From the NCBI RefSeq assembly GCF_006345805.1, contig NC_042997.1, forward strand, positions 206,026,001 to 206,090,000: 64,000 bases of DNA. The letters run 5' to 3'. The DNA is from Octopus sinensis (Eukaryota). Position numbers and translations under genes: made by a program. The notes below the pieces were generated by a model. That model searched no databases and had not been told where the DNA came from. It was given only the letters and a program-made list of their open reading frames with translations. Of the stretch, positions 63,539-64,000 are shown piece by piece. Position 1 is the first letter of the stretch; the number at the start of each line of letters is the position of its first letter.

Positions 63539-64000
63539 CGTGAGGGCACTGGAATTAACAAAATTAATGTTGGAACTCCCAGAAAATGAACTTTTATTTA
63601 GCAGACTGGTTTTATGAAATGATATAATTTGTGAAAGATTCTTTGTGTTGGAGAAGGCAACTCTAACTATATGAGAATTGATAATTGAGTAATATCTAGA
63701 ATTTTTTGGAAAGTTCTTACCAACCACTTCATGGAACTGCAAAGGAAGATTAGATTTAATCTGTTTTCCATATGGAATAACATGCCAGACAGTTTTCCTG
63801 GTAACAGTCAAATTGTAAGTGGTACTATCTTTAAAGAACGGTGAAAAAAACGGGCTTAAATATCATATGTCGAAAGTAAAAGAATTTGAATAGCATCTGA
63901 GTTCAACTCCATTTATTTACTTATACTACACAAATTACTGCACATTAACCTGGAGTTTCTACCTTTGAATAGGTCGCAACATCCTTGTTACTTTCGTGAA

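Larger units (their letters stand above)
62572..63925 (-). mobile_element. Penelope-like element fragment (RT-EN linker and GIY-YIG) with ~62-bp inverted termini
   Basis: VWHVIPY...NFPKNSRYYSIINSHIVRVAFSNTKNLSQIIS (63536-63811); SIYQCKISC...YFYIS...KRISNHYSSFRD...STGL; GYCNICNSELFHIL...LLN...CKH. 62572-62633 is the reverse complement of 63864-63925. Confidence 0.88.

Overview
AT-rich, repeat-dense eukaryotic genomic DNA; no prokaryotic features. The SINE and RTE-LINE types look like those I recall from octopus genomes, so a cephalopod source is likely (inference, not a database hit). The window opens inside a homogeneous 115-bp tandem array (1 to ~11081, about 96 units). The array ends ~180 bp upstream of the first visible exon of a + strand PARP14-like gene (RRM end, KH-like region, macrodomain 1, macrodomain 2). 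Six exons can be joined with consistent splice phases between 11262 and 54950, but the first has three frameshifts, and no WWE or PARP catalytic exon is visible. The introns are filled with decayed mobile elements: two RTE LINE families, CR1-like, R4-like and L1/Tx1 fragments, a Gypsy LTR element, Tc1, mariner, a hAT MITE, Helitron-like elements, tRNA-derived SINEs and Penelope-like elements (PLEs). Most notable are (i) several PLE-type inverted-repeat elements, two with well-formed type I hammerhead ribozyme folds and with repeat boundaries at the ribozyme core; (ii) the satellite unit, which looks like a CpG-decayed SINE 3' end and carries a complete polyadenylation-site-like layout on the gene's sense strand; (iii) the frameshifted macro-PARP exon. 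I see no evidence of a wholly new protein-coding system. Nearly all ORFs in the supplied track are repeat artefacts or transposon fragments.
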